24,000 nucleotides of DNA from an uncultured Leptolinea sp. (GCA_964397625.1 CAYNJT010000018.1:21732-45731), one strand, 5' to 3'; shown: positions 1-10,431, numbered from the stretch's first letter. A program made the numbers and translations. The notes: generated by a model from the letters alone, not told the origin.

Positions 1-1125
1 GATGCAGGCATTTTTATCAATAATGGCTCCCTCTATTTGGGTATTTTCACCAATTCCCATGGAAACCGGGGGATTGTCATCCTGATCCGGTTTTTCATAG
101 TAATCAGCGCCCATGATGATGCTTTGTTCGATCTTCACACCACTGCCAATTTGACTGCGCAGTCCGATGATCGAATCATGAATATCCGCCTGCTTGATGC
201 AGCATCCTTCAGCTAAAAGGACGTTTTTCAATGTGCTTTCATTAACCGAGGAACACGGTAGAAAACGAGTGCCTCCATATATGGGCGTTTTCGGGTCAAA
301 GAAATTAAACGGGGGGTTGGGCCGGGTAAGCGCCAGGTTGGTTTCGTAAAAGGATCGAATCGTCCCAATATCCTCCCAGTAACCGGTAAAGTCAAATCCA
401 TAGACAGTATGCGTTGTAATTGCCTGGGGAATAACATGGCTTCCGAAATCATCCAGAGGGTAATTGTTCAAAAGATCAAAGAGCGTCTCTGTACGGAAAA
501 GGTAGATCCCCATTGACCCGAGATACGGCTTTTCGGGATCATCGCGGCTGACCAATTCATCCAGCAATTTTTGCTCGCGGGGTTTTTCAGCAAATTCCGT
601 GAGTAAATAACTGGAATTTCTTTTCAAAATGCCGAAACGGTTGGCTTCATTCTTGGCCACAGGCTGCACAGCAACGGTGATATCGGCGTTATGATCCCAG
701 TGGAAGTTTGCCATCGCCGCATAATCCATGCGGTACAGGTGGTCACCGGCCAGAATCAGCACATATTTTGCCCGAGATGAACGGATTTCTCCCAACTGTT
801 TCCGAACGGCATCGGCTGTGCCCTGATACCAGTCAGTGTTCTGCATGGTTTGCTCTGCCGCCCAAATCTGTACCCACCCCGTATGAAAATTATCGAAATT
901 ATAGTTGCGTGAAATATGGCGGTGCAGTGAAACAGAGTTGAATTGTGTGAGAATGGCTATTCGAAAAATCCCCGAATTGATGCAATTACTGATGGGAATA
1001 TCAATCAATCGATACTTGCCCGCCATTGGCACGGCCGGTTTTGAGCGCATTTTGGTCAAGGGATAAAGCCGGCTGCCGCGTCCACCACCGAGAATTACTG
1101 CCAGGATTTCGTCTTGTGATGGCAT
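1..1125 (-). CDS. glgC: Glucose-1-phosphate adenylyltransferase, C-terminus cut by the window edge
   Basis: Absent from the ORF track because it runs off base 1. Reverse translation from ATG (1125..1123) gives MPSQDEILAVILGGGRGSRLYPLTKMRSKPAVPMAGKYRLIDIPISNCINSG, the canonical GlgC N-terminal nucleotide-binding motif. The frame stays open to base 1 and ends ...MGIGENTQIEGAIIDKNACI, which is a GlgC C-terminal left-handed beta-helix style sequence. GGAGAG SD at 1135..1130, 4 nt before the ATG. Confidence 0.9.
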   Translation of the reverse strand, partial: MPSQDEILAVILGGGRGSRLYPLTKMRSKPAVPMAGKYRLIDIPISNCINSGIFRIAILTQFNSVSLHRHISRNYNFDNFHTGWVQIWAAEQTMQNTDWYQGTADAVRKQLGEIRSSRAKYVLILAGDHLYRMDYAAMANFHWDHNADITVAVQPVAKNEANRFGILKRNSSYLLTEFAEKPREQKLLDELVSRDDPEKPYLGSMGIYLFRTETLFDLLNNYPLDDFGSHVIPQAITTHTVYGFDFTGYWEDIGTIRSFYETNLALTRPNPPFNFFDPKTPIYGGTRFLPCSSVNESTLKNVLLAEGCCIKQADIHDSIIGLRSQIGSGVKIEQSIIMGADYYEKPDQDDNPPVSMGIGENTQIEGAIIDKNACI

Positions 1126-1163
1126 TTTTCTCTCCATAAATAAATTAATTATTTTCTAATATA

Positions 1164-1192
1164 AGCATACTGTTCAGATTTTTGTCTGTCAA
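1164..1192 (-). promoter_or_regulatory. Candidate sigma70-type promoter for glgC
   Basis: On the minus strand: TTGACA (1192..1187), a 17-nt spacer, then TATGCT (1169..1164), about 40 nt upstream of the glgC ATG in an AT-rich divergent intergenic region. Sequence match only. Confidence 0.3.
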
Positions 1193-1406
1193 ATGACGAA
1201 AAGAATAAAAATATCGTGAATCTTTCCAGGTATCTGTGTGTTTTTACTGATTTTTTAAAGCTTTTTGCAGATTAATTACTAATAATGGGTAATGACGCAT
1301 TGATCTCCGATTAGTTTGCGCACTTGCCGGACAATTAGTCATTCGGTGATTTATTGTCACATCACGTAATGACCGCGGATACCTTTCGGGAGAATTGATT
1401 TTCTTC

Positions 1407-4328
1407 ATGTCGCTGCGAACAAAACTGATCATCATGTTGTTGATTTTCATCATCCCCACAATCGGGTTGATGCTGGTTTTTCATTCACGGCTGATTACAT
1501 CTTATCAAGATCAGGTGTCCTCTTTCCAATTCGATGCAACGAGATTGGTTGCCGGTTCTCTTAAGGACTTCTACTTTGAGGGGCATGATATTCTGCATTC
1601 AGTCAGTTTTCAAAATGATAAATTGTTACATCCTGAGGAATGCAGCCGTACTCTTGACCGGATTATCAGTGATGTGAAAATATTTAAATCCATGGCAGTT
1701 GTGGGCTTGGATGGCCGTGTGCGTTGCGCCAGCACAAGGTTCACACTACCCTCAAATGTAGCTTTGCTTCCGGCTTTTCAGAAAGCCATAAACCGTGATG
1801 AGTTCGCCCTTGGAGATAATCTGAATTACCTGCCGGGTGATTATGTTGAGTTAAGTATGGCTTACCCCTTGGAAGGAAGGGACGGGAATGATGCGATCAT
1901 CCTGGGGGTTTTCGATTCAGGAAATATCGAGGCAAAAATAAAGACCATCGGTTTGCCGGACAAAACGGAGGTTTATTTTTTCACACCACAGGGTCAGATT
2001 CTTTTCCCGCCTCACGCCGCCGAAAGAAGTGAAGTGCGAGAATTGATCAGGTCCGGAAAGAACTTTTTTAATTCCGGTACTCTTACAGAGCAAACCCTGG
2101 TAATCAAGGGTTCAGATAAGTTGGAAAGAACGTTCCGGTTTGTTCCTGTCGACATGGATAAGGTCTTTATCATCGGTATTGGATTCCCCTCGGGTGAATT
2201 CGTGCGTGCCGCCAACCAGTTTGTCACCGGAAATATCGCGGTCATCTCCCTTTTGACTCTGGCAATCCTGATTCTGGCCTATGGCGGGATACAGATTTCG
2301 GTCATTCAGCCGCTTAATATGATTTCGCGGACGGCAGACGAATTGGCTGCCGGTAACTACACCGCCCGCGCCAGGCTTGGGAATAAAAATGATGAAATCG
2401 GACGTCTGGGGCATATTTTTGACAGGATGGCCGATGCCCTGGAAGAAAGCCGTTCCACTCTTGAAGAGGAGACAAACGAGAAACTGGCATACCAGGAAAA
2501 ATTTTTCCGGTTGTTTGAAGATTCCATCCTCGGTATTTTCCAGCTTGATAGAGAAAACCGTCTGGTTGAAGCCAACAGGGCTCTTGCAGACATGTTCGGC
2601 TTTTCCTCTGATGAAGAAATGATCACCAGTGTAAACAGCCCTGCTGCCTCGATATTCGTTAATCAATCAGACACTGAAAAAATCAATGAGCTGATTTCAC
2701 AACGGTTGCCGGTACGAATGGAAACCAGCTTCCGCAAGAAAGATGGATCAGTGTTTGATGGAAACCTGCATATGTGGGGTGTTTGGAACGCGGCAGGCGA
2801 ACTGGAGGCCATGGAAGGTTTTGTCGAAGATATTACTTCCACGAAGAGTACCCGGCAGTTGGTGTCAAAATTGAGCCAGGCAGTGGAACAAAATCCCATC
2901 GGGATCATTATCACCGATGGCAAAGGCGGGATCGAATACGCCAACCAGGGTATTGTTAAAGTGTTTGGGTACACACCGGAAGAACTTGCATTAAAAACAA
3001 TGACTGAATTAATTCCCCCATCGGTGTCACCTGAAGACGTTGATCAGATGCGCCTGGCGTTAAAAAACGGGCACAAGTATGAAAGAGAAATCCAGAATTA
3101 TAAAAAGGATGGGACTCCATTCTGGGAAAGATTTGTCGTTTCGCCGATCACTCCTTCCCATGGGAAAGTAACTAACACTTTGTGTCTGGTTGAAGATGTA
3201 ACTGAACAATATCTCAACAGAGAACGTATTTTCCAACAGGTGGAAGAATTATCCGCCCTGCGAACCATCGATCTGGCAATCAGTTCCAACCTTGATCTGT
3301 TGGCGACCTTGAATATCATCTCCAACCTGGCTGTTAAACACCTTGGCGTGGACGCGGTGTGCATACTTTTCTATGATGCCCAATGCCACATGCTGCATAG
3401 TGCTGTGACATATGGTTTTCAACAGGATCCAGGTGTTGATATCCCATTTCCAGCCGCGGCCGACCTGACGGATTGGGAACTGATGGAAGAATTCTCCATC
3501 CACATTCCGGAAAATTTGAAAGAAAACAAATCCACCCACCTTCTTCCTTTCCCGGTCGAAGAGCAATTTCAATCCTGTTTTGGCCTTCCCCTGGTGGCAA
3601 AAGCTGAAGTCAAAGGCTTGTTTGTCGTCTACCGAAAGAACGCCTTCACACCAGAACAACACTGGTTGGATTTCTTTTATAACCTGGCCACCCAAACGGC
3701 GGTTGCCCTGGATAATTACGAATTGTTCCGCAACTTGAAACAATCAAACACTGAACTGCTTCGGGCGTATGAAGCCACAATTGAAGGCTGGTCTAAAGCA
3801 TTGAAATACCGTGACCAGGAAACGGGAGAACACAGCGTTCGCACCACACAATGGACAGTGGACCTGGCCAAAGAAATGGGATACCCGGTTGAGGAACTGG
3901 TGCATATCCGGCGGGGCGCTCTGCTGCATGATATTGGCAAAGTTGCCGTGCCAGACGGAATTTTAAACAAACCCGGCCCTCTTTCTGAAAGTGAGTGGAA
4001 GGAGATGAAAAAACATCCGGTGGCTGCTTTCGAAGTGCTTTCACCCATTCAATTCCTCAGCAGATCATTGGATATTCCATATTGCCATCATGAACGCTGG
4101 AATGGGACGGGGTATCCGCGAGGGTTGAAAGGCGAAGAAATCCCTCTGGCGGCACGAATTTTCTCGGTAATCGATGTGTATGACGCATTAACATCCGACC
4201 GGCCATACAGACCTGCCTGGCCGGAAGATAAAGTGATCCAATACCTGCGTGAACAAAGCGGTATTCAATTTGATCCAGCAGTGGTGGAAGCGTTTCTTTC
4301 ATTATTAGAGAAACAAAAGTTTATTTAG
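1407..4328 (+). CDS. Membrane-bound multi-sensor HD-GYP domain protein (putative c-di-GMP phosphodiesterase): TM, extracytoplasmic sensor, TM, HAMP, PAS, PAS, GAF, HD-GYP
   Basis: 977-aa ORF in the track (TTG 1395). ATG 1407 is preferred given GGGAGA at 1388-1393. N-terminal TM LIIMLLIFIIPTIGLMLVF, a ~250-aa outside segment, and a second TM IAVISLLTLAILILAYGGI. HAMP: PLNMISRTADELAAGNY...IGRLGHIFDRMADAL. Two PAS blocks and a GAF domain. C-terminal HD-GYP signature: HSVRT...LHDIGK...HHERWNGTGYPRGL...DVYDALTSDRPYR. Confidence 0.9.
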   Translation: MSLRTKLIIMLLIFIIPTIGLMLVFHSRLITSYQDQVSSFQFDATRLVAGSLKDFYFEGHDILHSVSFQNDKLLHPEECSRTLDRIISDVKIFKSMAVVGLDGRVRCASTRFTLPSNVALLPAFQKAINRDEFALGDNLNYLPGDYVELSMAYPLEGRDGNDAIILGVFDSGNIEAKIKTIGLPDKTEVYFFTPQGQILFPPHAAERSEVRELIRSGKNFFNSGTLTEQTLVIKGSDKLERTFRFVPVDMDKVFIIGIGFPSGEFVRAANQFVTGNIAVISLLTLAILILAYGGIQISVIQPLNMISRTADELAAGNYTARARLGNKNDEIGRLGHIFDRMADALEESRSTLEEETNEKLAYQEKFFRLFEDSILGIFQLDRENRLVEANRALADMFGFSSDEEMITSVNSPAASIFVNQSDTEKINELISQRLPVRMETSFRKKDGSVFDGNLHMWGVWNAAGELEAMEGFVEDITSTKSTRQLVSKLSQAVEQNPIGIIITDGKGGIEYANQGIVKVFGYTPEELALKTMTELIPPSVSPEDVDQMRLALKNGHKYEREIQNYKKDGTPFWERFVVSPITPSHGKVTNTLCLVEDVTEQYLNRERIFQQVEELSALRTIDLAISSNLDLLATLNIISNLAVKHLGVDAVCILFYDAQCHMLHSAVTYGFQQDPGVDIPFPAAADLTDWELMEEFSIHIPENLKENKSTHLLPFPVEEQFQSCFGLPLVAKAEVKGLFVVYRKNAFTPEQHWLDFFYNLATQTAVALDNYELFRNLKQSNTELLRAYEATIEGWSKALKYRDQETGEHSVRTTQWTVDLAKEMGYPVEELVHIRRGALLHDIGKVAVPDGILNKPGPLSESEWKEMKKHPVAAFEVLSPIQFLSRSLDIPYCHHERWNGTGYPRGLKGEEIPLAARIFSVIDVYDALTSDRPYRPAWPEDKVIQYLREQSGIQFDPAVVEAFLSLLEKQKFI

Positions 4329-4337
4329 TGGGAAGCC

Positions 4338-5948
4338 ATGAAGAATCGCAGGCCTTTAGAAGAAGAATTTACGGGTCTGGGGGATCATACAGGAGCATTC
4401 ATCCGGTTATTGCACGCTTTACCATTGAGTAGTCTACTGGTAAAAGAAGATGGAAGCATTGTCTACATAAATCCAGCAGGCAATCAACTCTTCGAACTGT
4501 TCGGAGTCAAATTCCATGATCGGAAATTATTTAATTTCAATCCCATGGGGAAAAAGATTGTCTGGGAGTTGAAACCTGATAAGGTCGAAAAACGTTTCAC
4601 TTTTTATGGATACCCCATAAATTTGGACGATACAGAGTATATATGTCTTGTCATTAAAGAAGGTCAATCTCAAGGCAGAGGCCGCTATACCGAACACTTG
4701 ATAGCATATCTCATTGAACAATCAAGAGAAGGTGTTGTCATCTTTGACCAGAATTTACGGTTTATTGAATGGAACAAAGGGATGGAACAAATAAGCGGAT
4801 ACTCCGCTCATGATGTGACCGGTATGACTCTGGGTGATTTTTTAAAAATCGTTTCCCCTAAGCCGGAAAATCCGCTCCTTGATACAGCTATTATGCAAGG
4901 CAGTTTTCGATCATTGATTAAACGTTTGGCAGGAAACATCTCTTTTAATGAAATTGAAGTGGAATTTCGTAGAAAAGATGGCGATTTACGCATCGCTCAA
5001 TACCGCATGTTTCCCGCTTTCCTTCATGGCCGTTTATACTCCGGTGCCATTGTTCGAGATGTAACCGAGATCAGAAAAGCGGAAGAAACGCTGCGCGCGT
5101 CTGAATCGAAGTTTCGCACTCTAGTGGAAGCCATGGGAGAAGCTGTGCTCACCCTGGATCTTGATCTTAATATTCTGTTTTCCAATCCAGCGGCAACAAG
5201 CATGTATGGGGTTGAGCCGGATTTTTTTATTGGCAAAAACCTTCGTGAAATCATTGACAACCGATACACGAACCTGCTTAACCGACAAATCGACAGGGTG
5301 AAATCCGGGCTTTCAGATCGTTATGAGATTGAAGTGGCAGATTTTCGAGGGAATCCGCATGTGGGTAAAGTTACATCGTCACCTTGGCGTGGAGCGAACC
5401 AGGAAATCATGGGGTCAATAATTGTCTTCAGTGATATAACCCAATCGAAACTCACCGAAGAACATCTTCGTTTCATCAGCACCCATGATGATGTCACATC
5501 CCTGTATAACCGCAATTTTTATGAAGAAGAAAAGAAACGGCTTGGAAATGGCCGGCGATTCCCAATAACGGCTGTCATCATTGACCTGGATGATTTCAAA
5601 ATCATCAATGACACGCTTGGGCACGATGCCGGAGACAGGATATTACGAGATTTCGGGCAGATCATTCGCCGTATTTTCCGGGCGGAAGATGTGGTGGCAC
5701 GGATTGGTGGTGATGAGTTTGCCGTTTTACTGCCGGAGACCGACAAACAGACAGCCAGGGAGGCTGTTGAACGACTGCAGGGTGCCGTTGCAGCTCACAA
5801 TGAAAATACACCTGAAAAGAAAATTCGATTTTCCGTGGGTACGGGAACAGCGAAAGCTCCCGAAGAATTGGAGGATGCCATTCGGAGAGCAGACACACGT
5901 ATGTATCGTGAAAAGAGAAAAAAGAAAAATCCTGATTGCCAGGATTAA
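4338..5948 (+). CDS. PAS-PAS-PAS-GGDEF diguanylate cyclase
   Basis: 536-aa ORF starting 9 nt after the HD-GYP stop. Three PAS-like blocks, e.g. VVIFDQNLRFIEWNKGMEQISGY and AVLTLDLDLNILFSNPAATSMYG. GGDEF domain: IIDLDDFKIINDTLGHDAGD...RIGGDEFAVLL. An RAED motif lies 5 residues before GGDEF, which is the RxxD I-site position. Confidence 0.92.
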   Translation: MKNRRPLEEEFTGLGDHTGAFIRLLHALPLSSLLVKEDGSIVYINPAGNQLFELFGVKFHDRKLFNFNPMGKKIVWELKPDKVEKRFTFYGYPINLDDTEYICLVIKEGQSQGRGRYTEHLIAYLIEQSREGVVIFDQNLRFIEWNKGMEQISGYSAHDVTGMTLGDFLKIVSPKPENPLLDTAIMQGSFRSLIKRLAGNISFNEIEVEFRRKDGDLRIAQYRMFPAFLHGRLYSGAIVRDVTEIRKAEETLRASESKFRTLVEAMGEAVLTLDLDLNILFSNPAATSMYGVEPDFFIGKNLREIIDNRYTNLLNRQIDRVKSGLSDRYEIEVADFRGNPHVGKVTSSPWRGANQEIMGSIIVFSDITQSKLTEEHLRFISTHDDVTSLYNRNFYEEEKKRLGNGRRFPITAVIIDLDDFKIINDTLGHDAGDRILRDFGQIIRRIFRAEDVVARIGGDEFAVLLPETDKQTAREAVERLQGAVAAHNENTPEKKIRFSVGTGTAKAPEELEDAIRRADTRMYREKRKKKNPDCQD

Positions 5949-6036
5949 AGTAATCCAGCAACAACAGTCGGAAAGTTCTTCTTCAAGATTTATCGATCAT
6001 AGAACCCCGAAATTTGACCTGGTCTATAATCATCCT

Positions 6037-8052
6037 ATGCCTGACAAACCGGATACATCAAAACCAAATTCGCGTGCTTTCCTTGTCCTGTTAAGCGCCA
6101 TTTTACTGCTGACAGGTTATTACCTGGTCCACAAACCCTTTACACCGGGAACCGGACTGGCCATGGGGCTGGCTCTATGGCGGATTGTGGTTAGCCTGGT
6201 AATCCTCACCCTGGCCGGCATGACCGGTCGCGCGCTGGGTATACGGCTGGAAGGTCGCCGGCTTTCAACGGTAGTACTTCAAACCGGCCTGGGGCTGGGG
6301 CTGCTTGTCACAATGGTGCTGTTACTGGGTTCCATTTTGGGAGTGAATTGGATCACGCTGGGTTTGCTGCCCGCTGTCGGGATCATCCTTCTACGCAAAC
6401 ACGCTCTTGAGTGGTGGCGCGAGCTGACCGCTTCGCTTGTGGACGTCTGGATGCAAGCGGGCCGTTTCGAAAAATGGATCGCTACAATAATTGCAGTCAG
6501 CCTGGTCTTTTCTCTTGGCATAGCACTGGCACCTCCCATAAAATATGACGCCCTGATGTACCACCTGGTGATGCCACAGACCTACATTCAGCAGGGAAGG
6601 ATCACCCACATCCCCTGGCTGGTGATGAGTGGTATGCCGCAGTGTACAGAAATGTTGTTTACATTGGCCATGTTCTGGGGAGGGCAGGCAGCAGCGGCGG
6701 TATTGGGTTGGTTGATCGGCCTGCTTGCCCTGTTGGGGATGATTGGTTTTTTTCAGGATGGACAGGCAAACCACAGCCGCATTGGCTGGGTGGCCGCTGC
6801 CGCCCTGATGGCCGGAGAGACATTCGCGGTTTCCCTGGCCTGGGCATACATCGATTGGACGGGACTGCTCTTTGGCATCTGCTGCTTCACTGCCCTGCAT
6901 GCATGGATGAAGGTTGATCGGATATATTCCGTGCTGACCGCCGGTTTGTTCGCCGGGCTGGCATTTACCACCAAGTACACCGGCGGCGTGTTGATTCTGT
7001 GCGCGCTGGTTGTGGTGGTAGTACAAATTGGTCACTATTCAAAAGACTGTCAGCCAGGCAAATGGAGAACACTGTCTGCCTTCCTGGCTGGTGCGGCAGC
7101 TTTCCCCCTCGCATGGCTGGCACGCAATCTCATTTTGACAGGCAACCCGGTCTATCCGTTTTTTTTCCCTGCCGCTGAGATGGACGCGGTGCGTTTGTCG
7201 GTTTATCAGGGTGCCGTGCCGTATGGAGAGTGGTGGGAAGGACTGCTCATCCCTCTGCGGGCTACCCTGTGGGGGCAGGAATCGGCGGAAGGCTATAGCG
7301 TGTCCATCGGTGTCCTGTTCCTGCTTCTCGGGTTGGGGAATCTGCTGCGGAGTAGACCGGTGGAAGAAGACCACCGCCTGACTTTGCGTCTCGGAGTAAC
7401 AGTCTTCCTTTCCGGCTGGTTCATCTGGGCGGTAGGCAACCGCCTGAGCGGATTTCTCATTCAAACCCGCATGTACTATTCGCTCTTCCCGGCATTTGCC
7501 CTATTGGCCGGTCTGGGGTGGTCTGCTCTGCGGGTAATCCACTGGAGGGGAGTACGTTTCGAGAGACTGTTCGGCGCGGTGATCCTGATGGCACTAGGCT
7601 TAACCTCGTTTGGCACAGCTTTGCAAACCCTGAAACAGGACGCCCCGCGTGCATCCACCGGACTTATCAATGAAACCGCTTATCAGGACGCCAATCTTGG
7701 CTGGTACGGGCCAGCCATACGGGCAGTACGTTATCTGCCCGCCGGATCAAGAACGCTTTTTCTCTACGAACCGCGCGGATTGGCCTGCGTGCCGGCCTGC
7801 GACCCGGATGAGATTCTGGATCAGTGGAAGATCAGCCGGATGGGAAACGCTTCCAATGAATCCGTGTTAAACCTTTGGAAACAGAAAGGGTACAATTACC
7901 TTCTGGTAAATAAAGCTGGAATGGATTTCCTGGCTGATGGTAAAGACGCGCATCATCCGGCCGCCGAGATACAGGCGCTGCGTGATCTGCTGGAAACACT
8001 GCCGCCGCCGCGTTCATTCGGAAACAGTTATCAAATCTATACAATCCCATGA
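6037..8052 (+). CDS. Polytopic integral membrane protein, probable GT-C fold (ArnT/PMT, GT39-like) glycosyltransferase
   Basis: The track ORF 5581..8052 overlaps the GGDEF gene. ATG 6037 is the first start codon in frame after the GGDEF stop. About 12 or more hydrophobic helices. The first loop carries PPIKYDALMYHL, an acidic-aromatic loop motif typical of GT-C enzymes. A ~150-aa soluble C-terminal domain follows. No SD is present, and TATAAT at 6025-6030 lies 6 nt before the ATG. The functional call is by family resemblance only. Confidence 0.6.
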   Translation: MPDKPDTSKPNSRAFLVLLSAILLLTGYYLVHKPFTPGTGLAMGLALWRIVVSLVILTLAGMTGRALGIRLEGRRLSTVVLQTGLGLGLLVTMVLLLGSILGVNWITLGLLPAVGIILLRKHALEWWRELTASLVDVWMQAGRFEKWIATIIAVSLVFSLGIALAPPIKYDALMYHLVMPQTYIQQGRITHIPWLVMSGMPQCTEMLFTLAMFWGGQAAAAVLGWLIGLLALLGMIGFFQDGQANHSRIGWVAAAALMAGETFAVSLAWAYIDWTGLLFGICCFTALHAWMKVDRIYSVLTAGLFAGLAFTTKYTGGVLILCALVVVVVQIGHYSKDCQPGKWRTLSAFLAGAAAFPLAWLARNLILTGNPVYPFFFPAAEMDAVRLSVYQGAVPYGEWWEGLLIPLRATLWGQESAEGYSVSIGVLFLLLGLGNLLRSRPVEEDHRLTLRLGVTVFLSGWFIWAVGNRLSGFLIQTRMYYSLFPAFALLAGLGWSALRVIHWRGVRFERLFGAVILMALGLTSFGTALQTLKQDAPRASTGLINETAYQDANLGWYGPAIRAVRYLPAGSRTLFLYEPRGLACVPACDPDEILDQWKISRMGNASNESVLNLWKQKGYNYLLVNKAGMDFLADGKDAHHPAAEIQALRDLLETLPPPRSFGNSYQIYTIP

Positions 8053-8104
8053 CAATTCTGGAATTCGCAATCGGGCTATGTTATAGTATTCAAAAGGAGG
8101 GTCT

Positions 8105-8785
8105 ATGAAAGAACGCATCTTGATCATTGAGGACGATGAAGCTATTGTCAAGGTGCTCCGCCGGGGACTCGCCTATGAGGGCTACCAGGTGGATGCCGCG
8201 CTTGATGGTGAAACCGGCCTTGTTCTCGCACGGGATAATCATCCCGACCTGGTGGTTCTGGATTTGATGCTGCCCGGTATGGACGGACTTGAGGTCTGCC
8301 AGCGGTTGCGCTCCGGCAGCGGCAATCATTTGATATTGATGTTAACGGCCAAGGACACGGTTTCAGACCGTATCCACGGCCTTGATTCGGGTGCGGATGA
8401 CTATATGGTCAAACCGTTTGAGTTGGATGAACTACTGGCCCACGTGCGCGCATTGCTTCGCCGCACCCAGACGGAACGCGTGCAGGAGTTGACCTTCCTT
8501 GATCTGGTACTGGACACATCCACGCGGCTGGCCAGCCGCAAGAATCGCCAGATCTCGTTGACCGCCAAGGAATACGACCTGCTGGAACTTTTCCTGCGGC
8601 ATCCACGCCAGGTATTGACCCGTGAAATGATCTTCGACCGCGTGTGGGGGTATGACTTTGGCGGCGAGTCGAATGTGTTGGATGTCTATATTCGATACTT
8701 ACGCCAGAAACTGGAAGAAAATGGTGAAATGCGGCTGATCCACACCGTACGCGGTGTGGGTTACGTGCTGCGTGAAAATCCCTGA
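8105..8785 (+). CDS. OmpR/PhoB-family response regulator (REC plus winged-helix)
   Basis: 226 aa. [17 protein letters not shown]...[14 protein letters not shown]...LMLTAKD. C-terminal w[37 protein letters not shown]...[13 protein letters not shown]...[22 protein letters not shown] at 8093-8101. Confidence 0.95.
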   Translation: MKERILIIEDDEAIVKVLRRGLAYEGYQVDAALDGETGLVLARDNHPDLVVLDLMLPGMDGLEVCQRLRSGSGNHLILMLTAKDTVSDRIHGLDSGADDYMVKPFELDELLAHVRALLRRTQTERVQELTFLDLVLDTSTRLASRKNRQISLTAKEYDLLELFLRHPRQVLTREMIFDRVWGYDFGGESNVLDVYIRYLRQKLEENGEMRLIHTVRGVGYVLRENP

Positions 8786-10152
8786 TGTCATTGCGCCTGC
8801 GCCTCTCCCTGCTGTACACGCTGGTGCTGGGGGGCGTGCTGTTGCTCTTTGGTTCACTGGCTTATAGTCTGGTCTCGGTTACTCTACTGGACCAGACGGA
8901 TACCTCGCTGGCCAAAAACGCGAACGACCTGATCACCCAGTTGCGCATCAATGCCGCCGGTCGCTTTGATGCCCGCGCTGTCAATTCCTTCGCGCCGGAT
9001 GAATACATCATCTACCAGGTATGGGGGAATGACCGCGAGTTGCAGCTTGCCAGTCCCGTGGGCAACGTGGATCCGCTGGACCGCGTTAACCTGCGTTCAG
9101 ACCGACCAGTCTTTAGTACTACGGGTGATGTGGGAAAGCATATGCGTGTGCTCACCATTCCGTTAAATAATGCGCGCGGCCCGGCCGGTCTGCTGCAGAT
9201 TGGCCGCAACCTTAACCTTTTCGACGCCACCCTGCAAACGCTGGCGGGCGTGTTGGTGCTGTTGACCATCCTTTCCATGGTGCTGACCGGGGTTATGACC
9301 TGGTTCGTCAACGGCCAGGCGCTGGCCCCACTGGCCACGGTGACCAAGGTGGCCACGCAGATCACCAAAGCGGATGACCTCTCACGCCGCATCCAGATCT
9401 CCGGAGTGCGCGACGACGAGGTGGGTGAATTGATTGAGGCCTTTAATCAGGTGCTGGGACGCCTGGAGAAATTGTTCACATCCCAACGCCGCTTCCTGGC
9501 AGATGTCAGCCATGAGCTGCGCACCCCACTGACGGTCATCAAGGGCAACGTCGGCCTGATGCGCAAGATGAAAACGCTGGACGAGGAATCCCTTTCGGGC
9601 ATTGAAGCCGAGGTCGACCGCCTGACCCGTTTGGTGGGCGACCTGCTTTTTCTGGCGCAGGCTGAATCGGGGCGTATGCCGCTGGATCAGTCGCCGGTGG
9701 AGCTGGATACCGTTCTGCTGGAAGTCTTCCAGCAGGCGCGCACCCTGGCCGGGGAACGCCTTTCGGTGACCATCAATGAGATCGACCAGTTGCGCGTGAC
9801 CGGCGACCGCGACCGGTTGAAACAGGTGCTTCTCAACATCGCCGGCAACGCCGTGCAGTACACACCGCCCGGCGGCCGGGTGATCCTTTCCATGCGCCGC
9901 GTAGACAGCCAGGCGCAGATCGTGATCAGCGATACAGGTCCGGGTATTCCTGCGGTGGATCTGCCGCACATTTTTGAGCGCTTCTATCGCAGCGAGAAAA
10001 GCCGCAAGCGCAGCGCTCAGGGCGGTTTCGGGCTGGGATTGTCCATAGCATTCTGGATCGTGCGCGCCCACGGCGGGAATATTGAGGTTTCCTCCACAGA
10101 GGGCAAAGGTTCTGCCTTCACCGTGTGGCTGCCGTTGATGAACGAATCGTAA
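8785..10152 (+). CDS. Sensor histidine kinase (2 TM, HAMP, HisKA, HATPase_c)
   Basis: 455 aa. The start overlaps the regulator stop (TGATG at 8783-8787). H-box [15 protein letters not shown]-box [14 protein letters not shown]-boxes DTGPGI and [10 protein letters not shown]. Confidence 0.95.
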   Translation: MSLRLRLSLLYTLVLGGVLLLFGSLAYSLVSVTLLDQTDTSLAKNANDLITQLRINAAGRFDARAVNSFAPDEYIIYQVWGNDRELQLASPVGNVDPLDRVNLRSDRPVFSTTGDVGKHMRVLTIPLNNARGPAGLLQIGRNLNLFDATLQTLAGVLVLLTILSMVLTGVMTWFVNGQALAPLATVTKVATQITKADDLSRRIQISGVRDDEVGELIEAFNQVLGRLEKLFTSQRRFLADVSHELRTPLTVIKGNVGLMRKMKTLDEESLSGIEAEVDRLTRLVGDLLFLAQAESGRMPLDQSPVELDTVLLEVFQQARTLAGERLSVTINEIDQLRVTGDRDRLKQVLLNIAGNAVQYTPPGGRVILSMRRVDSQAQIVISDTGPGIPAVDLPHIFERFYRSEKSRKRSAQGGFGLGLSIAFWIVRAHGGNIEVSSTEGKGSAFTVWLPLMNES

Positions 10153-10186
10153 GGTTTATTATGTATTGCCGGGATTTATTCAATCG

Positions 10187-10372
10187 GTAGAGGCATGGCA
10201 ACCGGTATGCATTTTTGACCGTGAATGAAAAAATGTTCCGGATGCTTTGTCCGGGGGAAGGCCATACCTATACGTATTCCTTTGAGCAATTCCTGACACA
10301 CCCGCGGTGGAAGCATCCGGAGACATGTTTATTGTGAACTGCCGGGTAAATACCGGATGCTTCCACCCTACA
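10187..10372 (+). repeat. Structured element, copy 1
   Basis: Strong hairpin: GGTGGAAGCATCCGG (10306-10320) pairs perfectly with CCGGATGCTTCCACC (10353-10367), giving a 15-bp stem and a 32-nt loop. A weaker upstream pairing joins GCAACCGG (10198-10205) to CCGGATGC (10238-10245). Strand is assigned only by analogy with the flanking genes. Confidence 0.6.
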
Positions 10373-10431
10373 CGAATTTCATATAAAAAATAGGTGGTTC
10401 AAAACAAAAAGGGTTCGCCCAATGTTCTCCC

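Noticed and set aside
228-941. Track ORFs 228..452 (minus) and 708..941 (plus)
   Set aside because: Both lie inside the glgC coding region in the wrong frame or strand. glgC is supported by unmistakable family motifs along its whole length.
5581-6036. N-terminal 152 aa of the 823-aa track ORF
   Set aside because: It overlaps the well-supported GGDEF CDS in another frame and has no membrane or domain character. The credible gene begins at ATG 6037.
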